In this document: one piece after another, positions 11,816-23,600 of the stretch
Layout of the letters: each line of letters opens with the position of its first letter
How positions within the stretch are numbered: position 1 is the stretch's first letter
NCBI GenBank assembly: GCA_964270895.1
Contig: OZ185440.1
From: Podarcis filfolensis
Taxonomy: Eukaryota
Strand: one strand, 5' to 3'
DNA length: 64,000 nt
Position numbers and translations under genes: made by a program
The notes under the pieces: generated by a model
Seen by the model: the letters and a program-made list of their open reading frames with translations, nothing else
The model's database searches: none
What the model was told of the DNA's origin: nothing

Positions 11816-13061
11816 TTGGAGAGGAGCATAAATGTTGGAAACATTTTTGTTTGCAAAACATGTAAATATCATACTTTCCCTCCTCTTTCCTTCCTTTTGG
11901 GGTCAGATGTTGGCCACAGAAGAAAGCATTTGCAGCCAATTAAGCCAGTTTCTCTTTTGGCAGGAGACTTCAGCTGTTCATGCCTCAGTCTTTTAAAATT
12001 GCATTGCTGTAAAAGCTTTAAGGAGCATGGTTTTAATTACACTTATGCCATCTGTAGAACCTTTTGAGTTTAAAAGTAGGACTCTAATATTCCATAATCC
12101 TGCATATATCTACAATCAAAATTCTATGCTTTTACTGGCTCTTTACAATCCTTTTGTTGTCCAAATTCACAGAATAATTGCCAATACCTAACCCTGTTCT
12201 TCTGCATTAAAAACAGAAATGAAGTGTGTATGGTAAAAGAAAAAGCTATGCAGCAACTTATTTGCCCCTTTCTGTTTATTTTACTATCTGCTGCTACAGG
12301 TTCAGAGTTAGGTCAGCTAAGCCCAATTTTATGAAGTTTTCTCTCAGGGTATTTCCACATGAGAATTAATTCTGGAAACTCACGCATGCACATTGGGGTT
12401 TTTTGTTTCTTTGCACCATTCATATGACATAGTGTCATCAAAATTCCATCTCTTCATTTTTAGTCATTTAATCCAAATTTATCCTTCTGTAAGAAATCTG
12501 GCAAGTATTACATATGCAATCATTGCTGGTGTGGAATCCTGTCAGCAGATTCGTTAATGGGTGATTTATCATGTGCGTGGTGGGTGGCTTCTACTGTCAC
12601 AGGGCTGTGTGCGCTTGCTCCTCACCTGAGCACAATCCTTTTCATTTACAGCAACGCCTATAACTACTGATTGCTGCCTGTTTTGAATTACAACACCCCA
12701 GCTAGGAGGAGCTCATGTCTCCATTTTGTCCATTGTGAAACATGATAACCCAAGGCTTTGCTTTTTTTACTCTTGCATGCTTCTTGGGATTTCTTTGGGC
12801 TTTTTGTTAAATGTGTGCATGCACAAGTGAAGAAAGACTTATGTATGTGCCCAGAATAAGGAAAGGGGGAGGAGTGATGGAGGTGAAGGACAAGAAACAG
12901 AAATTGGATGCTCATATTCAATGTATTTCATGGGCATACATGGATTGGGGGGCAGGGATGGAGAGCATCAATAACCTATCTTGCAGGGCAGAAAGAACAG
13001 TGGAAGTGCCCCTGCCTCCACTTAAAAAACAAACCCAAGCATATGAGATTATTGTCTTTAT

Positions 13062-13446
13062 CAGGGGTCAGCAAGGCTCACCGGCCATGGACTGGGTCAC
13101 TCCAGTGGAGATTGTCCGTGGGCTGGACCGGCACAGCGTGACACTGGAAATCGCATCTGCACATGTCCGCAGTGCCCCGGAAATCACTTCTGTGCATGCC
13201 CAGACGCTGGAAATCACTCCAGCGCAGAAGTGATTTTTGGTGTCTGGGCATGCGCAGAAGTGATTTCGGTATCTGCGCGTGCGCAGATGCAATTTCCGGC
13301 GCCGCTCAGTGAGTCTCTGCGCTGGTTTAGTGCAGCACGTAGGGGACTCACCAAGTGGGCGGCTCGGTTTGGAGGCGGTTCGTGGGCCGGTAAAACAGTC
13401 TTTGTGGGCCGCATCCAGCCCATGGGCTGCATGTTGCCGACCCCTG
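13062..13446. mobile_element. hAT-type non-autonomous element, 385 bp, CpG-rich
   Basis: TIRs CAGGGGTCAGCAA / TTGCCGACCCCTG; 8-bp TSD GTCTTTAT / GTCGTTAT (7/8); internal inverted subrepeats. Confidence 0.9.
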
Positions 13447-15993
13447 GTCGTTATAATGTAATTCCAATTTCTAAAATTCACATAAAGTGTAGTTTGCACA
13501 TATGTCTATTTATGTAGTACATTTTACCTAAGTTTATTCTAGAGAGAGAGAGAGAAATTGAGAACTCCATACATGTTGTTTATATAGGGTGGTATTCATA
13601 TCAGTTGCTCTTGCTGGGATTTGTTAAATGTGAGTTTCTTCAAGAAGTAGGAAATGAGTTTCTTTTCTCATCTCAAGAGGGGGAAAAAACATTTGCCAAT
13701 CATTTTTTCCTCTCTCCCGAGAAAGCTTGTAGCCAGTTGTGCTGGCCTCGTGATGTGAACTGCTTAGGAACCTTGATTAAAATGTAGCCATTACCAACAG
13801 CTGCAGTAATGTCAAGAGTTGGCTTTGCTTTCTAAATAAATTCATAACACAGCTGCTCAGAGAAAGTTCGCTTTTGTCCCAACCTTAGTTTTCATAAACT
13901 TAATCATGCAATCTTGGTTTATGTGGGATACAAATAGGCCAAGCGTGTCCAAGGATTCCAAGTACTGGAAAAGGTCTAAGCTTTCCAAGGAGCAACATCT
14001 GAAATGTCAAATCACTTCCTGTAACTTGTTAAGTTTTTATTCACTTGGGGAACTTGACAATGCATCAGTTACAAGTCCCACTGCTCCAGTGGAACTTGCT
14101 TCCAAGAAAGTGTGGTTAGAATTACATCCTTTAGCTTAAAATTTATTATTATTATTATTACATTCTGTTTCCTGGGTTCTGCCTGGTCTTATTTTACCTT
14201 TTACATACACCATGTCTGAACTGGTGGAATGTCATTTTATGACATAAAATTGTCATTTTATCCCCACAGTGTTTTCACTTAGAATGCTCAGAAATTGGAC
14301 AAAGGTCTGGTGATATTCTTTTAGGAGAAAGATTCCATATATTGTCTCAGTTAGACTTCATTGAAACTGCAGATTATGGTTTTCATTTTGCTAGAAGCAA
14401 TTCATACATGACGCACTTTTATTTGAATACATGGTGTACTTCACTAAAACTTGTACGAAACAGTCCTCCCCTCACCCACAAATTGGCAATGTAACTTTTA
14501 AAAAATACACACATGTATGTATTTCTATCATATACATCCCTGTTTCTCCTCTCTCACCTGTTTGAAGAGTTTCTTCATGTTCTAAAACATAAATATTTAG
14601 GTTGTAGTACTGCTAATCTTAAAATAAAGTGGATTAGGTCTACAAATTTGACTTTGTATGAAAAGCTGTCATTAAAAGAGATTAGCAGAGGAATATGCAG
14701 TGTGCTAAATGAATTTTGACATGAGTAACTTTTCTTGCAGTCTTCAGAGTGGGAAAGTGGTGATAAATGAATACTTTGAACCAATAAGTACACAATAGGG
14801 AGCAGGCTTCTGTACTAAAGTGTGGAATTCTAGGAAGCAAAGTACATCAACACTTGGGGACTTTCAGAACAAATTGCTAGTTAAAATAAATACAATCTTT
14901 AGAAGTGCCTGTAAAACTCGATTTAACTTCTAAATTAGGAGTATTTTATTATGGTTCTAAGAGTTACTATGGCCCAATATGGACGAATGGTGATACTGAA
15001 CTTAGGATATCTGGTTCAAACAGCTTTTTTGGTCAGACGTGAGGAAACCATGAGCAAGTTGTGCCTCGGCTTCCAATTTCCCAGTATGCAAAATAGAAAA
15101 AAGAATGGCCCGCCTCAGAGAAGAGTATTTACTGTTTTATTGTTTAAATTTGTCTGTTGCTTTTCCATATGAATGTGCTCAAAGCTGCTCACAACAGAAC
15201 AGCAAAAATGTTATTTAATGTGTCATTATAGCTATCAAATGCTAAATTATTTCAAAATGTAACAACACTCTAACAAATAAGTCAAATGAATGCATCAGGA
15301 TTAGTACATCAACATGTGATAGATCATATTTGGGATTAGTATTAAGCTAGTGCTTTTCATTTAAAAGACCTCTAAATGAACGTAGAAAAAGAAGGCTGTG
15401 TTCACAAATCTCAGCATTGTGGTTGTGGGAATGTAAACCAAGAAGACAAAACCAAGGTTCACCCTTCCCTTCCCGAGTTCTGATGGAATTATTCAATTAA
15501 GATTTGGATCATGCTCTCACATGGAACCTAATCAATCACAAACCTCTAATAACATTAGACTAATAAATATGTAAACTCACAGACCTAAGCAAGAAGGGAA
15601 ACAAGCTATTTATAGGCATTGCTAAGTATTCTGAGTATTTATAGTGCTTCCAGAGTATAATCAATCAATCAACTAAAGATGCTAGTTTGACAACTCTAAC
15701 CTTTTGATCAGATACAAGTCTGATAGCCGTGATGGATGCTTCTGCACTCACAATAACTCATTTCCAAACAATATAAATATATTTCCCCATCTGTCAAGTC
15801 ACAAAACTGCTATTACACAAACATTTCAAACACTTTCACCAAATCCTTTGGAACCCTGGAAACCATGTGTAGAAGCTGCTGCTTCTGACACAGTTTTGTT
15901 TTTGTCACCTTTGGACAGGTTCTGAGGCTTTGATATTGCAGCCCTGTTTATGGAAGATTGTCAGGATTTATGTTTTTATTATGTTTTTAGATA

Positions 15994-16058
15994 TGTTGCA
16001 AGCCAGCCAGATGGGCGGGTGTACATCATCATCATCATCATTATTACTATCATTATTA
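15994..16058 (+). mobile_element. L2-like LINE 3' end remnant with (CAT/TAT)n tail
   Basis: TGTTG..AGCCAGCCAGATGGGCGGG followed by a trinucleotide tail; same motif in reverse at 26423-26484. Confidence 0.55.
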
Positions 16059-16265
16059 CAAAAAGAATAGTGTGTATGTCTAGTTATGAATGTTCCACTC
16101 ACCCTTATTGTGTGGATTACTTGGATGAATATGAATCCACTTATTGCATTTATCCACGTAAGGATGATGAGAGCCCATCTTCATTAAATGGCTTTAATTC
16201 ACAATACATGCAATTCTTCAGAACAGAACTTCCCATATATCAGATTTTATATATGACATATATTA

Positions 16266-16267
<2 letters not shown>

Positions 16268-16297
<30 letters not shown>
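16268..16297. repeat. (AC)15 microsatellite
   Basis: Direct reading. Confidence 0.97.
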
Positions 16298-16299
<2 letters not shown>

Positions 16300-16581
16300 T
16301 AGTATAGGACAGTAATAAAAGTCCCCTTCATGTAAACTGTCAAAAATTTATGGAGATTGTATGTATGTTTACAACAGGATTTTCCCTTGGTCTTGAATGT
16401 TTTTCAATTTATTTAAGTTGGTTCAAATGAACCTATAGACAAGGTGCAGCAATTTCACCCCATTGGATTTATGGTGCAGTCACTTGTCAAGCGCTTTCAC
16501 AATTGTCGGGCTTCAGTAGCTGTTAACACTGATATCTTTGTTTTGTTGCTAATCGTGTTTTCTTTTTTCTCCCTCTTATAG

Positions 16582-16598
16582 CATGAGAGGCTTTCCAG
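16582..16598 (+). CDS. PPP1R12B: PPP1R12B 17-nt microexon (HERLS-R)
   Basis: Branch-like GCTAAT, long pyrimidine tract, TATAG|CATGAGAGGCTTTCCAG|GTAAGC; matches the MYPT2 motif HERLSR. Confidence 0.93.
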
Positions 16599-17051
16599 GT
16601 AAGCTATTCAGAATGTCTGATTTTCTTAAAGCATACATTTCTATATGTTTCTTCCCAGCAATTTTCTCTAAACTGCCTATGAAGTTAGAATCAGGAATCC
16701 TGATAACCTGTCAGTGACTTAGTAGGCACCCCTTACATAATATGAACTCTCTTTCCTTTCCCCAAACCAAGTTTGTTTTAACAGTGAGCAGCAAAAGGAT
16801 ATAAATGTTTTTCTATTTACTTGCAGATTCCGCCCCCTTTATCTTTCCCACACATTTGAGTTAGGGGAAAGTATTTATTGGGGAACACTTTTTTGTCACA
16901 TATAATAGGGTATCTCTCTGCAACTCTCCTAATTCCCCCACCCTAAACTACCCAAACACTAAAACTTTGAAAAATAGTGATTGAGAAAGACACAAGTCTG
17001 TAAGTGGTCTTAAAGTGACTGAAGCTGTTTTTATATCATGTTTGATGCCAG

Positions 17052-17196
17052 GTTGGATGCAGCAAGTTCAAGTACTGGCACCAGCGATGCCTACGGGGAC
17101 CGGCCCTCTGGTCGCAGTGCCTACACCAGAAGAGAGAATCGCCTGGCTGCCCTCAGCAGCAGGACGGAGGATGACAGTAGCAAGGATTATAAAAGA
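17052..17196 (+). CDS. PPP1R12B: PPP1R12B exon (R-LDAASSSTGTSDAYGDRPSGRSAYTRRENRLAALSSRTEDDSSKDYKR)
   Basis: CCAG|G acceptor and AGA|GTGAGT donor; 17+145 nt restores frame; similar to mammalian LESGGSNPTTSDSYGDR...EEDSNRDYKK. Confidence 0.92.
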
Positions 17197-18396
17197 GTGA
17201 GTAATTGAAATGGACAGGCCTTCAGGCCTTCTTTCTTCCCCACCCCCACCCCTACCCCTCATTAATCAAATAAGTAGCAATTTCACATAAAGCTAGACTG
17301 CTGGAAAAGAAAAGAAAAACAACAAAAATATATATGAACAAATGCCAATACAGCTTAGTCCCAACGAAGAGCCTGCTAAAAACAAAAAGCATCCACTGAG
17401 AGAGCAAGTTGAATGAGTAGAATTAAGAGCATTCAACAGGACTTGGCACTGGTACATTTGTGTTTCTACCCACTGCCTCTTCCATAGGTGTGCTGAGCAG
17501 CCTTGGGCAGGTCACAAATCTTTCGCGTCTGTAAAACGTGGATTTGTTGCACTGTAAAACTTGAGATGTCGTACAGATCTCTGGAAAGACATACAACTTT
17601 CTGAATAGTTCACTTGGAAGATCAGTGTTATTTCAGTTGCTAAAATATGTTCTGCCATTTTGCATGTTACGAAGCAGAAAGTGTACAGTGCCACCTGGTG
17701 CAATTGCTTGTTGAGTTGGTGCTGGGGCAGGAATGGATTTGCTTCTATTTGTAGCAGTTGCCACACAAAATATGCTTTAATGTTAGTAGTAATAGTTGAA
17801 AGGCAGTAGGAATGACCTGAATGGAGTGCTGTGCATCACTTCAGATTAGGATTCATTGAGTTAACAGAGTAGTGGCAGTCACACGTTTAGGGGACCCTTT
17901 CCTTGGTGGATTTGCCTACATGGAATCCTTGAGCATGGCATATTTTCAGGTTCTTCTATGGAGCGCTATTGGAGCTTGCCTTCATTTCACATGAACGGAA
18001 AGGATGTACTCTGGAATAATGTTTAGATCTCTCTTGAGGCCAGGCAGGATCAGTTGTTCAGCTTCTTTTAGGGAAACCTGTTTGCCATTACCAGTCTTCT
18101 AATTCAGGAATACCTGATAAGTTTCCAAGGAGCACTAGGGTTCCCCTGGAAGAGAGTTGTTGTTTTTAAAGTAAATATACGCAGGAGTTTGCATGAGAAT
18201 TTTTGTGCATTGTTTGTTTAACTTCCTATTCTACAATAAATGAAGATAATGAGTTGCAATTAATACGGCTGCGGTAAAATCTGGTCTTGGGGTCTGAAAG
18301 CAGCAGGAGGGGCATCTATTTAACTGCATTATATGAGTGTTGATGTTTCAGTAGATGATACTGTGAGTTAACTCCACTTCTCTTTTTTCTATCCAG

Positions 18397-18501
18397 CTCT
18401 ATGAAAGTGCCCTATCTGAAAATCAAAAGCTGAAATCAAAACTGCAAGATGCTCAGTTGGAACTCGTCGATATCAAGACAAAAATTGACAAAATAGCCCA
18501 G
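18397..18501 (+). CDS. PPP1R12B: PPP1R12B coiled-coil exon (LYESALSENQKLKSKLQDAQLELVDIKTKIDKIAQ)
   Basis: Pyrimidine tract + CCAG acceptor, CAG|GTGAAG donor, 105 nt in frame, MYPT-family coiled-coil sequence. Confidence 0.96.
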
Positions 18502-18729
18502 GTGAAGAGACCTAGGAAACAAGGGATGTACTGGGATTGCAGCCAGACAGAAACAAATGTTTCGCCCTGGTGATAAGGAGTTAATAGCATTTGAGGAGGG
18601 CTATCACTGCTTCTCAGATAAAATAGAAGCAGTTCTATTCTTAAGAATTCTAATTCTAATTTTATTTGGAAAGGATTTATTTGTAATACTTTCTACTTTT
18701 GTGATAACTTTGGTTTTTCATTTCAATAG

Positions 18730-18783
18730 CAGAAGCAAGAAAAAACCTCTGACCGTTCGAGTATGCTTGAGATGGAAAAGAGG
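18730..18783 (+). CDS. PPP1R12B: PPP1R12B exon (QKQEKTSDRSSMLEMEKR)
   Basis: TAG|CAG AAG acceptor cluster, AGG|GTATGT donor, 54 nt in frame, MYPT2 motif EKTSDRSS-LEMEKR. Confidence 0.96.
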
Positions 18784-19760
18784 GTATGTGTTTCTGCTTT
18801 TTGGTGTCCACTTACTTAAAACTTAGCATGGTTTTAGAATGCATACTCATTTTAAAAGAGAAATATCACTACAGGAAGCTGATTCTGTTCCTCCTTCAAG
18901 AATCCTTGGCTTCTTGGCTTCTCATACTTGTTTACAGCATTTTTGTTAACTATAAAACTGTTCATTTCAGCATCCTGGCATAATAAGATACACGGTTTGA
19001 TAAATCACCACTAATGAAGCCCAGAACTTACTGTTCTAGCATGGCTGTTGATGTCATATAGTTGATTAGAGACGTTCCATTGATTATGGTTATATTTTGA
19101 AAACATGAGATCGAATAGAGTCAATTTTATCATAAGTTATCAAAATACGCTAACTCACTGTGTTTTTAAATGTGTTTTAAATTATTTTAAATGTGCAAGT
19201 TTCTTACGAAGATGAGTACCAAAAATACTTAAATTCCAGCAAAGTTTAAATCTAAAGATGAACACATAACAAGCTTAGTATGTAAGCATATTACGTTTGT
19301 GCTACTGAATTCCCTTTATCCAGTACAAAGCTCTGTTTCTTCTTGGGCTTATTGGCATGTAAGTTCTTAAAATACCTTCCAAATACTTTCCTTGGAAAAC
19401 AGTAAATCGTTTGTGGTTTCAGTGCCCTGTTTTGATTTTGTTTATTATTTGCTGGTTTTTTCCTGAAAATATTGCATTTGGGTTTTGTTTTTTTTAATGC
19501 AGACACTAAAACGGAGCTTTGTAAGATGTAGGATGAGAGGTACAATTGAGGTTGCAGTTCTTGGTAGCCCACAGTTCAGTGAAAGCAGCACTCACCTGGC
19601 TTCTGGTTGCATGCATTGCTGCTGCAAACTGAGAGGGAGAGAGGGAGGTCTGAGGTGGCAACAAAGCCAACAGGAGCATTGGGTTGTCTTCGTTGGTGTG
19701 TTTGCACTGCATCAACCTTAAAATCACCTCCCCCCTCCCATTTTTCATCTCGGTGCTCAG

Positions 19761-19776
19761 CAGCAAAGTGGATCAG
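19761..19776 (+). CDS. PPP1R12B: Candidate alternative frameshifting microexon (16 nt, or 13 nt via NAGNAG) of PPP1R12B
   Basis: 82-nt AG-free zone, C/T tract, CTCAG|CAGCAAAGTGGATCAG|GTGAGC. Lies between the EMEKR and EKRALE exons, the position of MYPT1 exon 24. Prediction only. Confidence 0.5.
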
Positions 19777-20555
19777 GTGAGCTACTGCCCTGAAAGCTTA
19801 ATGCCTCTTGCCTTGGAACATAGAGGTTTCCTCTAGCCATCCTGGCTCAATGCCATTGATTCTTGCCTTCTTGTCTAACACTTTCCATTATGGTGTGTGT
19901 GTGTTCTTTTTAAAGAGGTGCTTTCTTTGCACTCAGAGCTCTCAGCCAGAGGATAAATAAGAAAGAGTAACTTGGCACACCTAACCGCTGTAGTAAGATG
20001 ACGCTATGCCAGTTTTGTTTGTTTGGGAAATGGTACATCCAGTACGCAGCTTTCAAACTAGTTAAATTAAGTATCCTCAGGGTGCAATTCAAACTGTCCA
20101 CTATCCATAGGCTGGAACTGAAAACTGAGCTCTTTTCAATGACCCCACTGGCTCCTATCAAGCTAATGACAAGACAATTGATTGTCTGTGAGGTGAAAGG
20201 AGCTGATAGGTAGTTGTGGCCAGGAAGAAACAGCAAAAGGGCCTGTATAGAGCACAGGTGACCCTTAAGATTCTGGATTACAACTCCTCTTATCCCTGAC
20301 CATTGGCCATGCTCTCTAGGGCTAAGTGAGTTCCTCTATCTCTGGTGCAGAGGTTGGAGATGAGCTGTGGGAACACACCAAGAAGAGGTTTTTTGACATT
20401 GTTTGTTCTTAGTGTACATCTTGAGATGTTTGACAACCTTATTAATGCTATTAATGATACATTTTCCTTCACTGAGGGAAATACAGCCATAGCGTACATT
20501 TTCATGTAGAAAAATTACACAAAAAATGGTAATTGTGAAAATATTTTTTAAATAG

Positions 20556-20606
20556 GAGAAACGAGCTCTTGAGCGGAAGCTCTCAGAAATGGAGGAGGAG
20601 ATGAAG
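20556..20606 (+). CDS. PPP1R12B: PPP1R12B exon (EKRALERKLSEMEEEMK)
   Basis: AATAG acceptor, AAG|GTATGA donor, 51 nt in frame, conserved MYPT motif. Confidence 0.96.
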
Positions 20607-20989
20607 GTATGAACAATTCTTCATTTATTTTCCGCCTTCTGTACATAGTAGCATAATTTTGGATTGTCACATGACTCTGCTGGAGTTTTTTGCTGCAACA
20701 GATTAACAGGTGCCCCTCAGAAAATATTAGAATAGTGTAAGTCATTGTTAAAATGCTGGTATTGGATTAACCATTCATGCATGCACACCACTACTAGCTA
20801 TTGGGAATTTATTTATTCATAAAAATATAAGCCGCCTTTTATCCCTACAGGGCTCTCATGATGGTATTCAAAAACAAAAACAGATTTAGGCTATAAACCA
20901 GATTGAGAACATACTAAAAATTCTACATACTAAAAATTCAGAGCCATGCAGAATGGAAACTGTTTTACTGCCCCCCTGGAAATAAGTAG

Positions 20990-21660
20990 AGAGAAGCCAT
21001 TTTCACCTCCCTTGGGTGAGAGGGCCACCATTTTGTTACTGCCACAAAAAAGGCCCTGTCTCCTGCAGTCACCTCTTTAGGCAGTGGAACCACGCCGCAG
21101 GGCCTTAGAAGAAGATTGTACACTCCTATGGGAAGAGATGGCTTTTCAGATATCCTGCCTCAAGTCATCTAAGGATTTAGAGGTTAGCACCAGCATCTTG
21201 ATTTGTGTCCAGAAGCCAATGCAGTTGGTATAAAACAGAGTGAATGTGGTCTGTGCCGTGCACATCAGAAAGCAATTTGGCTGCAGTATTTTGCACCAGC
21301 TACAGTTGGCAAACCCTGTAGCCCCACACAGTTCGTGCTGCAATAAACTAAATGGCAGCTGGCTGAAGCATGCATCACTATAGCCAGATCCATCTTCTGC
21401 AGGAAGGGGCACAGCTAGTGCATCAGTCAAAACTGGGCAAAGGCATTCCTAACCATAGCAGCAACCGGATAATCGAGGACCAATGCCAAATCCAGTAAAG
21501 CACACAAGTTGTGGGAGAGAATGCATCCCTGTCCAAAGCAGGATATAGTCCAGATAAGATTGCTGACTACCAGAACCATTGACTTGGATTGAGCCTCAGT
21601 TTGTTGCCCCATATCTAATCCATCTCTGCATCCAGGCAGTGGTTCAGGACTTCCACAGCC
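20990..21660 (-). mobile_element. Decayed L2 LINE ORF2 fragment
   Basis: Minus-strand frames give AMVRNAFAQF, LQLVQNTAAKLL, DHIHSVLYQLHWL and QIKMLVLTSKSL, resembling L2 post-RT motifs, with frameshifts and stops. Confidence 0.75.
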
Positions 21661-23580
21661 TTCTTGGGGATTAGTTGATCAGGTAGGGCTGCGTGACAGG
21701 GAGTTGCTGGATATACCAAAATTTAAAGTGTGCTAAAAAGTCTCCCCGAAACGTCACCTGCCCAGAAAATAGAAATGTTTCCCAGCTTGCAAGATAAACA
21801 TTCCAGAGTTTTGTGTTGCATTTTCTCTTGCGTTTTGTATGCAGTGCCTTGCAAATGCCTCCTGAGTTTGTGTGCTCCATAACTCTGAGGCTCTTATACC
21901 TTTATGGTGATACCATTTTATTATGAAGCAGGATGAGGGTATCAATTTAAGTAGCAATGTGTCCTCTCAGTCCTCAGCCAACTGTTAGAAATACAGTGGC
22001 CACCAAGTGTCTTTTCCTGATAAAAGAAGGGATTTTTTTCTTGGTGCTCTTGCCATAGAGGTAAGAGGCAAAAGTGGACACAAGCTCTGGCCATGCAGTA
22101 CTGTGCATGTCTACTCAGAAGTTGGTCCCATTGAGCTCAGTTGGGATTATTTGTGTGTAATATATGATTGCTGCCTAAGAGAAGCACCCACTGCTGCAAC
22201 ATGCCAAAAACCAAGTCTTTGCGAAACTAGTTCTTACTGTATAAATGCATCCAATGCTTTAGGTTTCTAAATGGGAAAGCTATTAGTAAATGTTATAAAT
22301 GGTAAAAGAAAACAGAAACAACAGATTCTGTTATTGCACAGCACCTGCATGTAAAATTGCAATATGGACATAGAGAAGCCACTGCCTGTACGTTGTCTGG
22401 GAAAATGCAGTCAGTTATAGTTTTTCCATGTCTCCAAACAAACCACAAGCTGTCGCCAAGGTTCCTCTTGGCTTACCGTGCATGGTTTGTTTGCAGAAAA
22501 CAACCTGTGAGCCTTCATTCACATGTAACACTAAGCCAAACAACAGCTTAGTTCCAGGTAGTGTGGCACCAACAGAAGCAGGAGTGGAAAGAAGTGGTGG
22601 TGATTTTTGCTCTGTGTCCCTGCACACTTGCTTATCCACATTTAGCTATGGTTTGGCTTACTGTTACAAGCAGACTGTTCACTCTGTGTGTCTGTACACA
22701 GTTTGATTGTAACTAAGGCTTGTATGCTTTGTTTCTGCCAGTAACACATTAAGGTCTCTGGCCTTGAAATATAAAATGCCTAGTGGGTCAGACTTACTTT
22801 TGCCTTCCACTGATTATAGTATCTCGCAGAATCATTCCTGCTAATGTTAAATAAAATTCACTTTGGTATACAGATTCTCTTTTACTCTGAAACACTGTGC
22901 AGGTCAAAATGTGCAGCTGACAATTGTATAAAAAAGTCATAAGTGGAGATGTGCATTCACCTCAGACTTGTGCCTCATCTATGCTGAGGATCCCCACCTC
23001 TGGGATATTTGCACCCCCTTGGGATCTGAGGTGGGCACCCAAGTCATTGGAATCACCTCAGAGGGCTTCAAATGTGTTTGATATAATTTTGTAACCTTCC
23101 TCAATCTCTTTATCAATAGAAGATGACAGGCAAGTGAGGAGGCAGGCAGGCAGAAGAGGAGTTTCACAACTGAGCACTCTAGCTTCCAATTAGGAAATTT
23201 TACCAGGCTCCTCCTTTTACTTCCAATCACAGTACTTTTGGGAGGGATGTAGGAATAATTCCCCACCTGAGCATCCCAGCAAGGGAGTGCCGCCCTCACA
23301 CTGTTGCTGCATTTCTCTAGTGCACTTGGTAAAGGCATTTCAGCTTGTTGATTCTTTCTCTGACAGACTCCGCTCTAGATTTGGGGTGGAGAATACCCTT
23401 TTTGCATCTTTCCCCCTCATGTTCACAAGTCAGGATGTATGTGCAGCAACAGCAGAAGCTGCAATGTAATGGACTACTATTCTCCCACCGCAATTCACTT
23501 GCTGGCTTATGCAGTGACAACAGCACTGTAGCATGTTGCGAGCCAAACAGCTGCTCTGCTCTGCTCCTTGCCCGTTACAG

Positions 23581-23600
23581 TGTCACTGCTGGGTTGGCCT
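23581..23600 (+). CDS. PPP1R12B: Weak candidate 20-nt alternative exon (CHCWVGL...), second donor at 23689
   Basis: (TGCTC)3 plus pyrimidine tract, TTACAG|, donors CCT|GTAAGT (23601) and GAG|GTAAGT (23689). No homology support. Confidence 0.25.

Noticed and set aside
12811-13499. Overlapping 140-aa and 143-aa ORFs
   Set aside because: They run through the GC-rich, stop-poor hAT MITE; no recognisable domain or splice context.
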